In this document: one piece after another, positions 18,918 through 30,056 of the stretch
Numbering within the stretch: the stretch's first letter is position 1
Layout: every line of letters begins with the position of its first letter
From: Parcubacteria group bacterium GW2011_GWA2_43_13
GTDB taxonomy: Bacteria; Patescibacteriota; Patescibacteriia; UBA9629; GWA2-43-13
DNA: 64,000 nt
Assembly: GCA_000999025.1 (NCBI GenBank)
Contig: LCFM01000002.1
Span: 436-64,435, forward strand
Direction: 5' to 3'
Notes under the pieces: generated by a model
The model's input: only the letters and a program-made list of their open reading frames with translations
Database searches by the model: none
What the model was told of the DNA's origin: nothing
Program-made: the position numbers and the translations under genes

Positions 18918-19754
18918 TTATTTCCGTTTCTTCCTTTTTTTGATAATAAAACGATTACTTGTTGTTCGTTTTCTTGTTTTAATACCCATGACTTTCTTTC
19001 CATAAACACTCTTCGGGCCTTTCAACCCGATTGGCTGATGCCCCTCACCACCGCCATGCGGATGATCAACAGGGTTCATTGACTTTCCTGTTACCGACGG
19101 CCGCACTCCGCGATGCCGCATGCGCCCTGCTTTCCCCAAACGGACATTCCGATAATCGCTATTAGATACCTGTCCTACTGTTGCCAATGCATTTTTGGAA
19201 AACAAACGAACTTCTCCGGACGGCATTTTTACCTGCGTATATGCTCCTTCTGTGCTTTGGACAATGGCGACCATCCCAGCGGAACGAACCATACGACCGC
19301 CTTTTCCGGGCTGAACTTCAATATTATGTACAGCAACTCCTGTCGGGATATATTCCAAAGGCATGGTATTTCCCGGTTTTATCGGCGCTTGCCCTTGTTT
19401 TGACAGCACGACATCACCTGTATGTAACCCTTCCGGCGCAATGATATATCTCTTTTCTCCATCGCTATACTGCAATAACGCAATAAACGGAGTCCGATTC
19501 GGATCATATTCCAATGCTATTACCTTTGCTTCCCTGTCATATTTATTGCGTTTAAAATCAATCACTCGATACATCTGTTTATTCCCACTCCCTTGATGCC
19601 GAACCGTAATTTTGCCTTGATTGTTTCTGCCGGCATGAGTCGGCAACGAAATAACCAAAGATTTCTCTGGCTTCTTTTTCGAGAGGGAACTGTAATCAAT
19701 AACAGATGCCCCTCTGCGAGCTGGCGTTGTCGGTTTGTATCTTTTTATCGGCAT
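18918..19754 (-). CDS. rplB: 50S ribosomal protein L2
   Basis: GRNNQGKIT, EYDPNR, MNPVDHPHGGGEG. Confidence 0.98.
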   Translation of the reverse strand: MPIKRYKPTTPARRGASVIDYSSLSKKKPEKSLVISLPTHAGRNNQGKITVRHQGSGNKQMYRVIDFKRNKYDREAKVIALEYDPNRTPFIALLQYSDGEKRYIIAPEGLHTGDVVLSKQGQAPIKPGNTMPLEYIPTGVAVHNIEVQPGKGGRMVRSAGMVAIVQSTEGAYTQVKMPSGEVRLFSKNALATVGQVSNSDYRNVRLGKAGRMRHRGVRPSVTGKSMNPVDHPHGGGEGHQPIGLKGPKSVYGKKVMGIKTRKRTTSNRFIIKKRKKRK

Positions 19755-19870
19755 ATACCATAATTTTAATCTACGAATATTATCCGAATGCAACGAACAC
19801 TACACATACCATCTGATACATTCATAGATTGGTAGATTCGAATGTCATTCGTAGATTAGAATTGCCCATT

Positions 19871-20251
19871 CTACACATTTTCAAACACATCAATATGCGA
19901 TCCTTCAGGCAGTGTAATAATCGCTTTTTTCACATCTGAACGCTTGCCCAATGAACGCGAAAATTTATTTTTCTTCCGTTTTCCCAGAATGCGAACTGTA
20001 TTGATTGCAACCGGCTTTACACCATACACTCCTTCCACAGCCCGCGCAACCTCAACTTTATTCGCAGAAACAGGCACAAAAAAGATGACTTTCGATGCTC
20101 CTAAAGCGGCTGACTTTTCAGTCACAACCGGACGCAACAGCAATCCCGCCTCTCGTTTTTGCAAAACCCGCTTTTTTTCATCACGAACACCGGCAATCCG
20201 CTTTTTTTCGACTGCTTGCTGAATGTTATTTTTTTTCTTTAACAATGCCAT
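19871..20251 (-). CDS. rplW: 50S ribosomal protein L23 with N-terminal extension
   Basis: PVVTEKS, ANKVEV, KKAIITL. Confidence 0.96.
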   Translation of the reverse strand: MALLKKKNNIQQAVEKKRIAGVRDEKKRVLQKREAGLLLRPVVTEKSAALGASKVIFFVPVSANKVEVARAVEGVYGVKPVAINTVRILGKRKKNKFSRSLGKRSDVKKAIITLPEGSHIDVFENV

Positions 20252-20260
20252 AGGGATCTA

Positions 20261-20905
20261 TTACACTGCTTTCGTAAATAATTTCTCTATCTTTTTTATG
20301 CCGCCTTGCGTAATAATCATTGCATCAGCTTTCAGCACATCAATAATATTTAATGAATCAGGAGCGCATACCGCGACATGAGGAATATTCTGCGTCGTTC
20401 TAATCAGCTCTGCATCGAAAGTTTCAAAACTCACCAACACTCGCTTCCCTATCCATGGCAGTTGCTTAAGAATACGCACCATCTCTTTTGTTTTAGGGCT
20501 CTTCAGTACAATCTTATCCACGACAATCAAACGATCCTCCTTCGCTTTATCAGATAATGCCATTTTGAGCGCGGCCTGTTTCATCTTTTTATTTATTCGT
20601 TGAGAAAAATTCCGTTCATTCGTCGGGCCAAACGTTACGCCTCCTCCAATCCATATCGGAGACCTGCTTGATCCATGACGCGCTCTGCCTGTGCCTTTTT
20701 GTTTCCATGGCTTTCGTCCGCCTCCGCGCACTTCAGCGCGGCCTTTTGTATGAGCCACAACTGTACGCGCATTCGCATGTTGAGCCACCACAACCTGATG
20801 AACCAAGGCCTCGGATATCGGCACGCAAAAAATCGCATCAGGCAAATCCACTATCCCGATTTCTTTTCCGGTCTGATCGTAAAGTTTCGTTTGAATATCT
20901 GCCAT
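20261..20905 (-). CDS. rplD: 50S ribosomal protein L4
   Basis: GGGRKPWKQKGTGRARHGS, GGGVTFGP. Confidence 0.98.
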   Translation of the reverse strand: MADIQTKLYDQTGKEIGIVDLPDAIFCVPISEALVHQVVVAQHANARTVVAHTKGRAEVRGGGRKPWKQKGTGRARHGSSRSPIWIGGGVTFGPTNERNFSQRINKKMKQAALKMALSDKAKEDRLIVVDKIVLKSPKTKEMVRILKQLPWIGKRVLVSFETFDAELIRTTQNIPHVAVCAPDSLNIIDVLKADAMIITQGGIKKIEKLFTKAV

Positions 20906-20908
20906 ACA

Positions 20909-21535
20909 TTATTCTTGAATAATCTCAACCCATGAATTGCGCGCTCCGGGGATGCCTCCTTTGACATATACCATATTCTTATCAGAATCAACTTTCATAA
21001 TTTCAAGGCCACGAATAGCAACCTGAACAGCTCCCATATGCCCTGGCATTTTTCTGCCCTTAAAAACCTCTTGTGGTCCGGTTGACCCAATAGATCCAGG
21101 CATACGTTCTTGATCTTTATGTCCATGAGATGCTGGTCCGCCTGAAAATCCATGGCGCTTGACAACGCCTTGAAAACCTTTCCCTTTGGTCACCCCTCGC
21201 ACAGTCACAGTATCTCCTACTTGAAATTGCTCCACCCCCAATTCGGCCCCTGCTGTGTGATCGAATACTCGATTGCCATGACGAGTATTTAACCGAACCT
21301 CTTTCAGCTTTCGATATGCCGGCATTCCCAATTTTTGAAAAAACCCAGCATGAGGTTTTGAGCTTTTTTTTGCCACACCCGCCGCAATGCGCACTCCATC
21401 ATATCCGTCTGTTTCTTGCGTTTTCACACGAGCAACACGATTCGGCTGTGCTGTAACAATCGTAACACTAACCAGATTTCCGGCCTGATCATATAATTGC
21501 GTCATTTCCTTTTTCTGACCTAACAGATACTTCAT
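20909..21535 (-). CDS. rplC: 50S ribosomal protein L3
   Basis: KGKGFQGVVKRH, SHG, MPGHMG. Confidence 0.98.
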   Translation of the reverse strand: MKYLLGQKKEMTQLYDQAGNLVSVTIVTAQPNRVARVKTQETDGYDGVRIAAGVAKKSSKPHAGFFQKLGMPAYRKLKEVRLNTRHGNRVFDHTAGAELGVEQFQVGDTVTVRGVTKGKGFQGVVKRHGFSGGPASHGHKDQERMPGSIGSTGPQEVFKGRKMPGHMGAVQVAIRGLEIMKVDSDKNMVYVKGGIPGARNSWVEIIQE

Positions 21536-21645
21536 ACAATATAATCCTAATATCCGAATGCACTCGAATGCAATGAGTCCCCTTCGTTCAGAACATGTGT
21601 AGATTCGGATAGTATTCGCAGATTAGGATCGCTGTTTAAAAAAAA

Positions 21646-21718
21646 CATCCCGCCTCAACTCGACGGAAGTGATATCAAACAGCAGTGCTGGTATCTCTGT
21701 CCTTGAATGAGTTGGTCA
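21646..21718 (-). promoter_or_regulatory. Candidate structured leader upstream of rplC
   Basis: Nested stems AACTC/GAGTT, GAC/GTC and GATACCA/TGATATC followed by a U-run. Confidence 0.4.
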
Positions 21719-21846
21719 ATTGTAGATTGGGGAAAAAACAACACCTTTCACGGTTCAGGGACGCAGTATGCACTTTCCCCTGCGTGCGCTGAAAAAATAA
21801 TTTTCAGAACGCGCAGAGGAGTTGCATACTAAGACCGAATTGAACC

Positions 21847-22194
21847 TTACATTTTTATTTCAACATCAACGCCTGCGGGTAAGTTTAACTTCATTAGGTC
21901 GTCAACTGTTTGCGGAGTCGGATTAAAAATATCAATCAACCTTTTATGAATTCGCATCTCAAACTGATCACGCGAATTTTTATGAACAAACGTTGACTTG
22001 AGCACAGTAAACTTTTTCTTTTCAGTGGGCAGAGGGACAGGGCCTGCGATTTCCGCTCCCGAGCGCTGGGCTGTATCAATGATTTTTCGCGTTGATTGAT
22101 CAATTATTTTATGATCATACGCGCGAATTTTCAAACGGATACGCGTCTTTACCTCGTCGTCTTTCACTGGAGTTGTAATGTTCTTCTCTGACAT
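21847..22194 (-). CDS. rpsJ: 30S ribosomal protein S10
   Basis: [28 protein letters not shown]. Confidence 0.98.
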   Translation of the reverse strand: MSEKNITTPVKDDEVKTRIRLKIRAYDHKIIDQSTRKIIDTAQRSGAEIAGPVPLPTEKKKFTVLKSTFVHKNSRDQFEMRIHKRLIDIFNPTPQTVDDLMKLNLPAGVDVEIKM

Positions 22195-22253
22195 GGAAAA
22201 ATTACATGAACCAGCCCTGCCTCCCCATACGAGGGAGACAGGGCTTAGTAAAT

Positions 22254-23444
22254 TTATTTAAATATTTCTGTCACCGCGCCTGCTCCAACAGTTCTGCCTC
22301 CTTCACGGATAGCAAATCGCATTTGTGCTTCCATAGCAATCGGTTTCGCAAGTTTGATTTTCAAACTCACAGTATCTCCTGGCATAACCATTTCTGCTCC
22401 TTCTGGCAATTCAACCTCACCGGTCACATCAGTTGTTCTGATATAAAACTGCGGTTTATATCCCTTAAAGAATGGAGTATGCCGGCCACCTTCATCTTTA
22501 GACAAAATATACACTTCAGCCGCAAACTCTGTATGCGGAGTAATGGATCCTGTTTTTGCAAGCACCTGACCGCGCTCGACATCGGTCTTTTTGGTTCCGC
22601 GCAAAAGAATACCCGCATTATCGCCTGCCTGACCTTGATCTAATGACTTGTTAAACATTTCAACGCCAGTTACAACTGTTTTCTGCGTATTAACTAAACC
22701 GACGATTTCAACTTCTTCATTCACTTTCACCATCCCACGCTCAATGCGACCTGTTACCACTGTTCCTCGGCCTTCTATGGAAAAGATGTCTTCTATCGGC
22801 ATGAGAAACGGTTTGTCAACATCACGTTGCGGAAGAGGGATATAGGTATCAAGCGCATTCATGAGATCCATGATCGGCTGTGCCCATTTTTCATCAGTGG
22901 AATTTTCAAGCGCTTTTAACGCAGAACCACGGATAATAGGCGTTTCATCACCGGGAAATTCATATTTTTTGAGCAAATCGCGAATTTCTTCTTCAACTAA
23001 ATCAACCAATTCAGGATCATCCACCATGTCAATTTTGTTCAAAAAGACAACAATATACGGAACGCCAACCTGACGAGCAAGAAGAATGTGCTCTCGAGTT
23101 TGAGGCATCGGTCCGTCTGCCGCAGATACAACTAAAATAGCGCCATCCATCTGTGCCGCTCCGGTGATCATGTTTTTGACATAATCAGCATGACCTGGAC
23201 AATCAACGTGAGCGTAGTGACGGGCTTCTGTTTGATACTCAACATGCGATGTCGCAATAGTAATACCACGCGCTTTTTCTTCTGGCGCGTTATCAATTTG
23301 GTCAACGCTTCTTTCCGCGGCAACCAATCCCTTCGCGTGCAATACTTTTAAAATTGCGGCGGTCAGTGTTGTTTTCCCATGATCAACGTGACCAATGGTA
23401 CCCACATTTATATGGGGCTTTGAACGATCAAATGCTTCAGCCAT
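22254..23444 (-). CDS. tuf: Elongation factor Tu
   Basis: [38 protein letters not shown]. Confidence 0.99.
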   Translation of the reverse strand: MAEAFDRSKPHINVGTIGHVDHGKTTLTAAILKVLHAKGLVAAERSVDQIDNAPEEKARGITIATSHVEYQTEARHYAHVDCPGHADYVKNMITGAAQMDGAILVVSAADGPMPQTREHILLARQVGVPYIVVFLNKIDMVDDPELVDLVEEEIRDLLKKYEFPGDETPIIRGSALKALENSTDEKWAQPIMDLMNALDTYIPLPQRDVDKPFLMPIEDIFSIEGRGTVVTGRIERGMVKVNEEVEIVGLVNTQKTVVTGVEMFNKSLDQGQAGDNAGILLRGTKKTDVERGQVLAKTGSITPHTEFAAEVYILSKDEGGRHTPFFKGYKPQFYIRTTDVTGEVELPEGAEMVMPGDTVSLKIKLAKPIAMEAQMRFAIREGGRTVGAGAVTEIFK

Positions 23445-23774
23445 GGTGAGTTTTTTCCACAGCCCCCACACCTATTACCTATTCTTCCATGATCAGTATA
23501 CTGATCATATCTCCTAAAAAATAAAAGATGTGTTTAGAAGAATAGGTGCGGGGTTTCAATCCAGCCGTGGCGCTATATTAAATATGTTCAATCATGATAA
23601 GATACCGCATGCTTTCGATATCCTCTCATAAAGGCACATGAATAATAGATGAGAAAAATTGTCATGTTATCCACAGCAGGAAACAGTGATGATTGTACCA
23701 CACTGCGTCAAAAAAACAAGGGGATGATTGCACCCCGATCCCCCCTTATATACACATCAAGGAAAAAAGAGCAT

Positions 23775-24074
23775 TTATTGGACCGGTTCAAGATATACCC
23801 TGTCATCATCGCGATCAGGTGAATCAGACGGCATGACTGGCTCAAAGTCATCCCAACCAACCTCTTCCTGACTTTGTTTCCACACCGCAATATCGCGGTT
23901 TATCTTATCCAATAATTCCTCTTCTGTCAAGGATTGGACGTCCTGACGATACCCAATCACGCGCTCATATTCAGATAACGGCATCACCACAATCGGCGAC
24001 TCTTGGGTATCAACAATAATAACCCGATCTCCGGTGCTTCTTGCGAGTCCCAATACGCGCTCAAGATCTTTCAT
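23775..24074 (-). CDS. Hypothetical protein between fusA and tuf (Phd/YefM-like N-terminus, acidic tail)
   Basis: LARSTGDRVIIV...VVMPLSEYE; ends DDDRVYLEPVQ; start trimmed to MKDLERV. Confidence 0.75.
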   Translation of the reverse strand: MKDLERVLGLARSTGDRVIIVDTQESPIVVMPLSEYERVIGYRQDVQSLTEEELLDKINRDIAVWKQSQEEVGWDDFEPVMPSDSPDRDDDRVYLEPVQ

Positions 24075-24147
24075 ACAAAAAGTCATTAACCCCTTTTGCA
24101 ATACTATAGAAAAAAACCATAGAGCGCAAGCTTTGCAAAAAGAAAAA

Positions 24148-24260
24148 GAGGTCAGCAGAGCCAACCCCTTTCGCGACAGAACATCCAGCATGACATCAGG
24201 AGGGTTTTCCTCCCAATGTGGGAATACCCAACTAAGAGGGTGGTATTTCATTGGCGACCC
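24148..24260 (-). ncRNA. Candidate rod-shaped ncRNA, 6S-like architecture
   Basis: End-to-end imperfect hairpin that needs G-U pairs, which favours the minus strand; TAGTATAAT upstream at the fusA stop and a U-rich tract downstream. Confidence 0.45.
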
Positions 24261-24313
24261 ATACACAAAAAGACGCTCCATTGGAGCGTCTCTACACTAT
24301 CATTATACTATTA

Positions 24314-26401
24314 TCACCGCGCAGTGCCGGCACGGCCTGCTTTTACCTCTTCTTCTACATTTTTAGGCACTGTTTTATATTCATGAAATTCCATTGAATA
24401 TGATGCCCGGCCTTGTGTCATAGATCGAAGCGCTGTCGCATACCCAAACATTTCTGCCAAAGGAACTTTTGCGTGCACCACCTTAATACCGGCTCGTTCT
24501 GTCATTTCCTCTATCTGTCCACGCCGCGCGTTCACATCACCCATCACATCACCCATAAAATCCTCTGGCGTAATCACTTCCACTTTCATAATCGGCTCCA
24601 GCAAAACCGGACCTGCCTTTTGCGCCGCTTCTTTAAACGCAAACGATCCTGCAAGTTTAAACGCCGCTTCAGACGAGTCAACCTCATGATAACTCCCATC
24701 ATACACTGTCGCTTTTACATCAATCATCCGATACCCGGCAACAATACCATTATCCAACGCCTCGCGCACGCCTTTGTTAATCGGCTGAATATATTCTTTA
24801 GGAATCACGCCTCCTTTAATAGCGTCAACAAATTCATATCCCTTGCCTGCCTCAAGTGGCTCAATGCGAAGCCAGCAATGGCCATACTGACCGCGACCAC
24901 CTGATTGACGGATATACTTACCTTCGGCTTCTGCGGATTTTGTAATGGTTTCACGATACGCAACCTGCGGCTTGCCCACATTCGCCTCAACCTTAAATTC
25001 GCGCTTCATACGATCTATAATAATTTCCAAATGCAACTCTCCCATTCCCGCGATAATGGTTTGACCTGTTTCTTCATCCGTATGCACACGAAAAGTCGGA
25101 TCTTCTTCTGTAAGTTTTGAAAGCGCGATGCCCATTTTTTCTTGATCCTGTTTTGTTTTCGGTTCAATGGCAACCTGTATGACCGGCTCCGGAAACGTAA
25201 TTGATTCAAGTACAATAGGATGATCCGGATCGCACAATGTATGGCCGGTAAACGTCGTTTTTAATCCAACCGCGGCGGCAATTTCTCCGGCATATACATC
25301 TTCAACATCTTCACGGTGATTCGCATGCAAGCGCACAATACGGCCGAGTCGTTCCTTGTCTCCGGTTGTCGCATTTAAAATATATGATCCTGCTTTCACC
25401 ACGCCTGAATACGCGCGAAAAAATGCGAGCTTCCCAACAAACGGATCTGCCGCTATTTTAAACGCAAGCGCTGAAAACGGCTCGCTGTCATCTGCTTTCC
25501 GTTCCATTATCTCCTCGGAGTTCCCAAGCGCATGGCCTGTTACCGGTGGAATATCAAGCGGAGACGGCAAATAGTCAACCACCGCGTCCAACATAAACTG
25601 TACACCTTTATTTTTTAAAGCAGATCCGCACAATACCGGAATAATATCCAAATTGATAACCGCCTTGCGCAATATTTTTTTAAGCGTTTCGATTGAAATT
25701 TCCTCGCCAGCTAAAAATGCGTTCATGGTGTGTTCATCATTTTCCGCGATTGCTTCAACTAATTGCGCGCGATATTTTTCAACTAATTCTTTCATATCAG
25801 AAGGCACTTCAATCTCTTCGTGTTTTTGTCCAAGATCATCAGTATAGATGTATGCTTTTTGCTCAATCAAATCAATAATGCCTTTAAAGCTATCTTCTAT
25901 ACCTATAGGCAATTGAATAGGATGGGCCTTTTTTGTGAGCCGCGTATAAATTGAGTCAAGATCTTTATAAAAATCCGCTCCGGTGCGATCCAATTTATTG
26001 ATAAAACAAATACGAGGGACATGATATTTATCCGCCTGGCGCCACACGGTTTCTGATTGCGGCTCCACACCGGCAACTCCATCAAACACAACAACAGCGC
26101 CGTCAAGCACGCGTAAAGAACGCTCCACTTCAACGGTAAAATCAACGTGCCCGGGAGTATCAATAATATTGACGCGACAGTCCTTCCAAAAACAAGTGGT
26201 TGCGGCCGCGGTAATGGTAATGCCGCGCTCGCGCTCTTGTTCCATCCAGTCCATGGTTGCCTCGCCTTCATGCACTTCGCCAAGCTTGTGCTTTTTTCCG
26301 GTGTAAAACAAAACCCGCTCGGTTACAGTTGTTTTTCCGGCGTCAATATGCGCTATAATCCCGATATTTCGTGTTTTTTCTAATAAATATTCACGTGGCA
26401 T
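24314..26401 (-). CDS. fusA: Elongation factor G
   Basis: [35 protein letters not shown]. Confidence 0.99.
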   Translation of the reverse strand: MPREYLLEKTRNIGIIAHIDAGKTTVTERVLFYTGKKHKLGEVHEGEATMDWMEQERERGITITAAATTCFWKDCRVNIIDTPGHVDFTVEVERSLRVLDGAVVVFDGVAGVEPQSETVWRQADKYHVPRICFINKLDRTGADFYKDLDSIYTRLTKKAHPIQLPIGIEDSFKGIIDLIEQKAYIYTDDLGQKHEEIEVPSDMKELVEKYRAQLVEAIAENDEHTMNAFLAGEEISIETLKKILRKAVINLDIIPVLCGSALKNKGVQFMLDAVVDYLPSPLDIPPVTGHALGNSEEIMERKADDSEPFSALAFKIAADPFVGKLAFFRAYSGVVKAGSYILNATTGDKERLGRIVRLHANHREDVEDVYAGEIAAAVGLKTTFTGHTLCDPDHPIVLESITFPEPVIQVAIEPKTKQDQEKMGIALSKLTEEDPTFRVHTDEETGQTIIAGMGELHLEIIIDRMKREFKVEANVGKPQVAYRETITKSAEAEGKYIRQSGGRGQYGHCWLRIEPLEAGKGYEFVDAIKGGVIPKEYIQPINKGVREALDNGIVAGYRMIDVKATVYDGSYHEVDSSEAAFKLAGSFAFKEAAQKAGPVLLEPIMKVEVITPEDFMGDVMGDVNARRGQIEEMTERAGIKVVHAKVPLAEMFGYATALRSMTQGRASYSMEFHEYKTVPKNVEEEVKAGRAGTAR

Positions 26402-26491
26402 ACGTTCCAAATATCAAATGTCAATTTTCAAATACCACATTCGTACCGCATCATCCGCGTATATCCGCATCAATCTGCGTTCATCCACGCA

Positions 26492-26959
26492 TTAATTCCC
26501 AAAATGCGCGAACGCGCGGTTTGCTTCAGCCATACGATGCATATCATCGCGCTTTTTCACTGCTTCTCCCATATTTTCCGAAGCGGCAAGGAGCTCTTCG
26601 GCAAGCTTGTGTTTCATTGGCTTTCCTTTTCGCTTTCGCGCGGCTGTCAATAACCACCGGTATGCAAGCGCCATTCTGCGATCTCCGCGCACCTGCAATG
26701 GCACTTGATAATTAGCCCCGCCAACTCTGCGTGATCGAACTTCAACTGTTGGAGCGACATTTTTGATAGCTTTATTAAAAATACCCAAGGGATCTTGCTT
26801 GGTTTGATCGCGGATAATATCAAACGCATCATACACAATCCCTTGCGCTGTGCTTTTTTTACCGCCCTCCATAATCATATTAATCAGCTTGGCAATAGTT
26901 GTGCTTTGATACTTGGGATCTGGTTTGAGCGCGCGTTTTGGTGCTGGTTTTCCTCTCAT
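26492..26959 (-). CDS. rpsG: 30S ribosomal protein S7
   Basis: [23 protein letters not shown]. Confidence 0.98.
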   Translation of the reverse strand: MRGKPAPKRALKPDPKYQSTTIAKLINMIMEGGKKSTAQGIVYDAFDIIRDQTKQDPLGIFNKAIKNVAPTVEVRSRRVGGANYQVPLQVRGDRRMALAYRWLLTAARKRKGKPMKHKLAEELLAASENMGEAVKKRDDMHRMAEANRAFAHFGN

Positions 26960-26963
26960 AGTT

Positions 26964-27383
26964 TTATGCTTTAGGTCGTTTCGCCCCGTACTTTGATCGC
27001 CCGCGTTTGCGGCCGTCAACGCCGGTTGAATCATACACTCCGCGGACAATGTGATACCGCACGCCGGGAAGATCTTTCACCCTGCCTCCACGAATCATCA
27101 CAATAGAGTGTTCTTGGAGTTTATGTCCTTCCCCGGGGATATACGCTGTTACTTCCATTCCATTAGAAAGACGGACACGCGCGATTTTGCGCAATGCCGA
27201 GTTTGGCTTTTTAGGAGTCATGGTTGTTACTTTCAAACACACGCCACGTTTAAAAGTTGCTCCTTTGGCTAACTCCTTCCGTGTACGCGTTGCAGGATTA
27301 TACACTGACTGAAGCCCTGGGGTTTTTGATTTTGACGATTTTGTGCTTCGTCCTTTTCGGATAAGTTGATTAATTGTTGGCAT
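26964..27383 (-). CDS. rpsL: 30S ribosomal protein S12
   Basis: [29 protein letters not shown]. Confidence 0.99.
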   Translation of the reverse strand: MPTINQLIRKGRSTKSSKSKTPGLQSVYNPATRTRKELAKGATFKRGVCLKVTTMTPKKPNSALRKIARVRLSNGMEVTAYIPGEGHKLQEHSIVMIRGGRVKDLPGVRYHIVRGVYDSTGVDGRKRGRSKYGAKRPKA

Positions 27384-27399
27384 ACGAAACAAACCAAAT

Positions 27400-27484
27400 T
27401 TATAGACATCACATTATGACATAGGGCTTGAGGCGCCGTAGGAATGGAATGGATCAATACTATTTTATAATGTGATGTCTATAA
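27400..27484. repeat. 18-bp perfect inverted repeat element upstream of rpsL
   Basis: TTATAGACATCACATTAT ... ATAATGTGATGTCTATAA. Confidence 0.75.
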
Positions 27485-27587
27485 CATTAAAAAAAGTGGT
27501 TGCAACCAGCCACGCATTGCACGCACTACAATATCATAACCGATTTAATTGGTCAACACGGCTCTATGGTGATGTTGCGATGCTGTA

Positions 27588-28235
27588 TTACAAAAACCTC
27601 TGCGCCAAAGATAAAAACCAATCAAACACCACGCCTAAAATACTCACTGGTAAAAAGTTATCAATAATAATCAACCCAAATAACAGCCATGGGCCGTGCA
27701 TTTCCCATTTTATTTTTCTCTGTTGCCATTCATAACTATCCGGCAAAACAGCGTATGCCACTTTAGAACCATCAAGCGGAGGAATTGGCAAAAGATTAAA
27801 CACCATCAAAACTGTGTTAATCATTATCAAAAAAACGCAAAACTGCACTAATAGATTATCTTGAGCAAACCCAGCGCCGGCTAATATACGCATAACAATC
27901 ACAAACACAATAATACTGATTAAATTTGAAACCGGACCTGCAAGCGCAACAAAGGCAGACCCCAATTTCATGCTTTTGATTTTGGTAAGCTGATACGGAT
28001 TAAATGGCGCAGGCCTACCCCATCCAAACCCGGCAACTAATAATAACAAAAACCCCATCGCATCAATATGAGCTAACGGGTTCAATGTCAAACGGCCATG
28101 CTCTTCTCCTGTTTTATCGCCTAATGCCCGCGCCATGGCAACATGAGAAAACTCATGAATCGTAATCCCATACACAATGGCGCACACCCACAACACAAAA
28201 AAAATCGGATCAGAAAATAATGTTGAAAGTATCAT
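27588..28235 (-). CDS. Site-2 protease (M50) family zinc metalloprotease
   Basis: HEFSH, GRLTLNPLAH, AGPVSN, FNLLPIPPLDG. Confidence 0.95.
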   Translation of the reverse strand: MILSTLFSDPIFFVLWVCAIVYGITIHEFSHVAMARALGDKTGEEHGRLTLNPLAHIDAMGFLLLLVAGFGWGRPAPFNPYQLTKIKSMKLGSAFVALAGPVSNLISIIVFVIVMRILAGAGFAQDNLLVQFCVFLIMINTVLMVFNLLPIPPLDGSKVAYAVLPDSYEWQQRKIKWEMHGPWLLFGLIIIDNFLPVSILGVVFDWFLSLAQRFL

Positions 28236-28251
28236 ATGGACATTACAATTA

Positions 28252-30039
28252 TTACAGGGAAATTTTCAAAGGTGGTGATACTTTGGCAGACACTCTGCCG
28301 CGAGCACGCGCCGCGCGAATAATCGGCAGATTGCGCAATCGTTCTCTTTCTTGTCTGGTCTCTTTTATGCGATCAACAAACTTTTTTACCTGATCCCCTG
28401 CAAATCCTAATATTTTTTCTCCTGCAATCGCAAACGGCTCCATCATGGTCTCCACAGAAAACCATTCAGCACCTGATGTGGCTTTTGTATCTGCTGTATC
28501 CACTCCCCCATTTTGAGATTTCTGTTTAGCACCTTCTTGTTCTTTGGTATGCGCTTCTTTTTGCTTGATCAATGTATCATACTCATGCGCAAGCTGTTGC
28601 CGAATACGTTCCACCGCCTGGGCTGACTCTACAAACGCAGGGTTACGCTTATCTCCCGGGTAGTGTTCAAGTTGTTCAACTGCATCAACAAATAAATCAA
28701 GTTTTGTTCCCCCTTTGGCATCTCGCAACATACGGGGGGAAGTCAAATACGCCGACTCCCCTTCTTCAAGTGATCCATCTATTTCTATAACTGCTGTTTT
28801 AACTCCCCGTCGCACTGCCCGCTTCATTCTACCCCATACGGTTGTTGGCTGTTGTTCTGGCTGTGTGCGCAATTGCCCCAAATCATCGCTTGACGCGCGA
28901 TCAAATTGAGAAAGATTCACTACCCTTTCTAAATACTCCTCTGCCTGATCTAATGAAAAATCATCTCCCTCATCATTGCGCATAAAATCTATAATCGCAT
29001 TCCGTATCTCTTCCTCTTTATACAATTCACCTTTAAAATACCTACTGTCAATATCCTTTTGTTTGCTTGCGGCAAGTAGTGATGCTATCCGATGCGCCCA
29101 CTTTGCGCCATCATGTTCCAAAACACTTTGCACTTTTTCTGGCAAAGGAATGGCTTGAGATACCTCATTGCCAATAAACCACTGCCCAACTTTTTTAAGC
29201 CATGATTTTTTAGATGCATCGTCATCTTTGGAAGTATTGCCATACTCTGCTTCTATTTCAGATAACACCAATGTGAAACAATCATGCACAATGGCAGAAG
29301 AAAGCCCGACGCGCTTTGAAAGCAATCCTACTGCCAACTCTGTATTCTTAGCGACAAACTGCAGTGTATCAATCATGTCTTGCTCTCCGTACGCTTCCAC
29401 TTCTGCAAATTGCACTGTATCTTTTAAGAGGGTTGCCTCTTCTCCGCGTAAAATCCCATTTTTTTCAAGATGGCCTATCTTCCCAGTATTTAACCCACGC
29501 CGCAATGATTGAGACCCTAAATGCACACGCGGATCCTGCTGTTCAAATAAAGAAGAAACCTCATGACGCAATTTATCCGCAATTGTTGGCCGTGATTCTT
29601 TATACCGCGCGTCAATGACAGAAAATAAATCATCTAAATCCTTGTATGAGAATGGCTCTTCCGTTTCTACAGATCCATATAAAAATGCCACCATTTTTCG
29701 TAAATGCTCTGACTGGTCTACGACGTTTTCATACAACCATTTATTTTCACTATCAAAAACATCCGCCTTTCCTGCGCGCTCCCACTCGCTTCGCTCTTGC
29801 TCAAAATTCTTAAACATCCACTCTTGTGTCATTAATGCATCTGATGCCAATATACCCCATAATTCATCAGGGCATTCTTGTGGCTGTTCGATGGCTTCCC
29901 TTGCCAACTCTCTGCGTACACGTTCTCGTAATTGCAATGCGCGCGATTGTTCATCAGGAGTAAATGTTTTTTGCTCCTCTGCCGAGAGTTCGGCATTATT
30001 TGCTTCATGCCCTCTTGGAGGTTCTTGTTCTCTATTCAT
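28252..30039 (-). CDS. Hypothetical helical, charged protein (595 aa)
   Basis: Long ORF in the operon orientation; no recognisable motif. Confidence 0.8.
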   Translation of the reverse strand: MNREQEPPRGHEANNAELSAEEQKTFTPDEQSRALQLRERVRRELAREAIEQPQECPDELWGILASDALMTQEWMFKNFEQERSEWERAGKADVFDSENKWLYENVVDQSEHLRKMVAFLYGSVETEEPFSYKDLDDLFSVIDARYKESRPTIADKLRHEVSSLFEQQDPRVHLGSQSLRRGLNTGKIGHLEKNGILRGEEATLLKDTVQFAEVEAYGEQDMIDTLQFVAKNTELAVGLLSKRVGLSSAIVHDCFTLVLSEIEAEYGNTSKDDDASKKSWLKKVGQWFIGNEVSQAIPLPEKVQSVLEHDGAKWAHRIASLLAASKQKDIDSRYFKGELYKEEEIRNAIIDFMRNDEGDDFSLDQAEEYLERVVNLSQFDRASSDDLGQLRTQPEQQPTTVWGRMKRAVRRGVKTAVIEIDGSLEEGESAYLTSPRMLRDAKGGTKLDLFVDAVEQLEHYPGDKRNPAFVESAQAVERIRQQLAHEYDTLIKQKEAHTKEQEGAKQKSQNGGVDTADTKATSGAEWFSVETMMEPFAIAGEKILGFAGDQVKKFVDRIKETRQERERLRNLPIIRAARARGRVSAKVSPPLKISL

Positions 30040-30056
30040 AGAATTGCGTGGTTACA

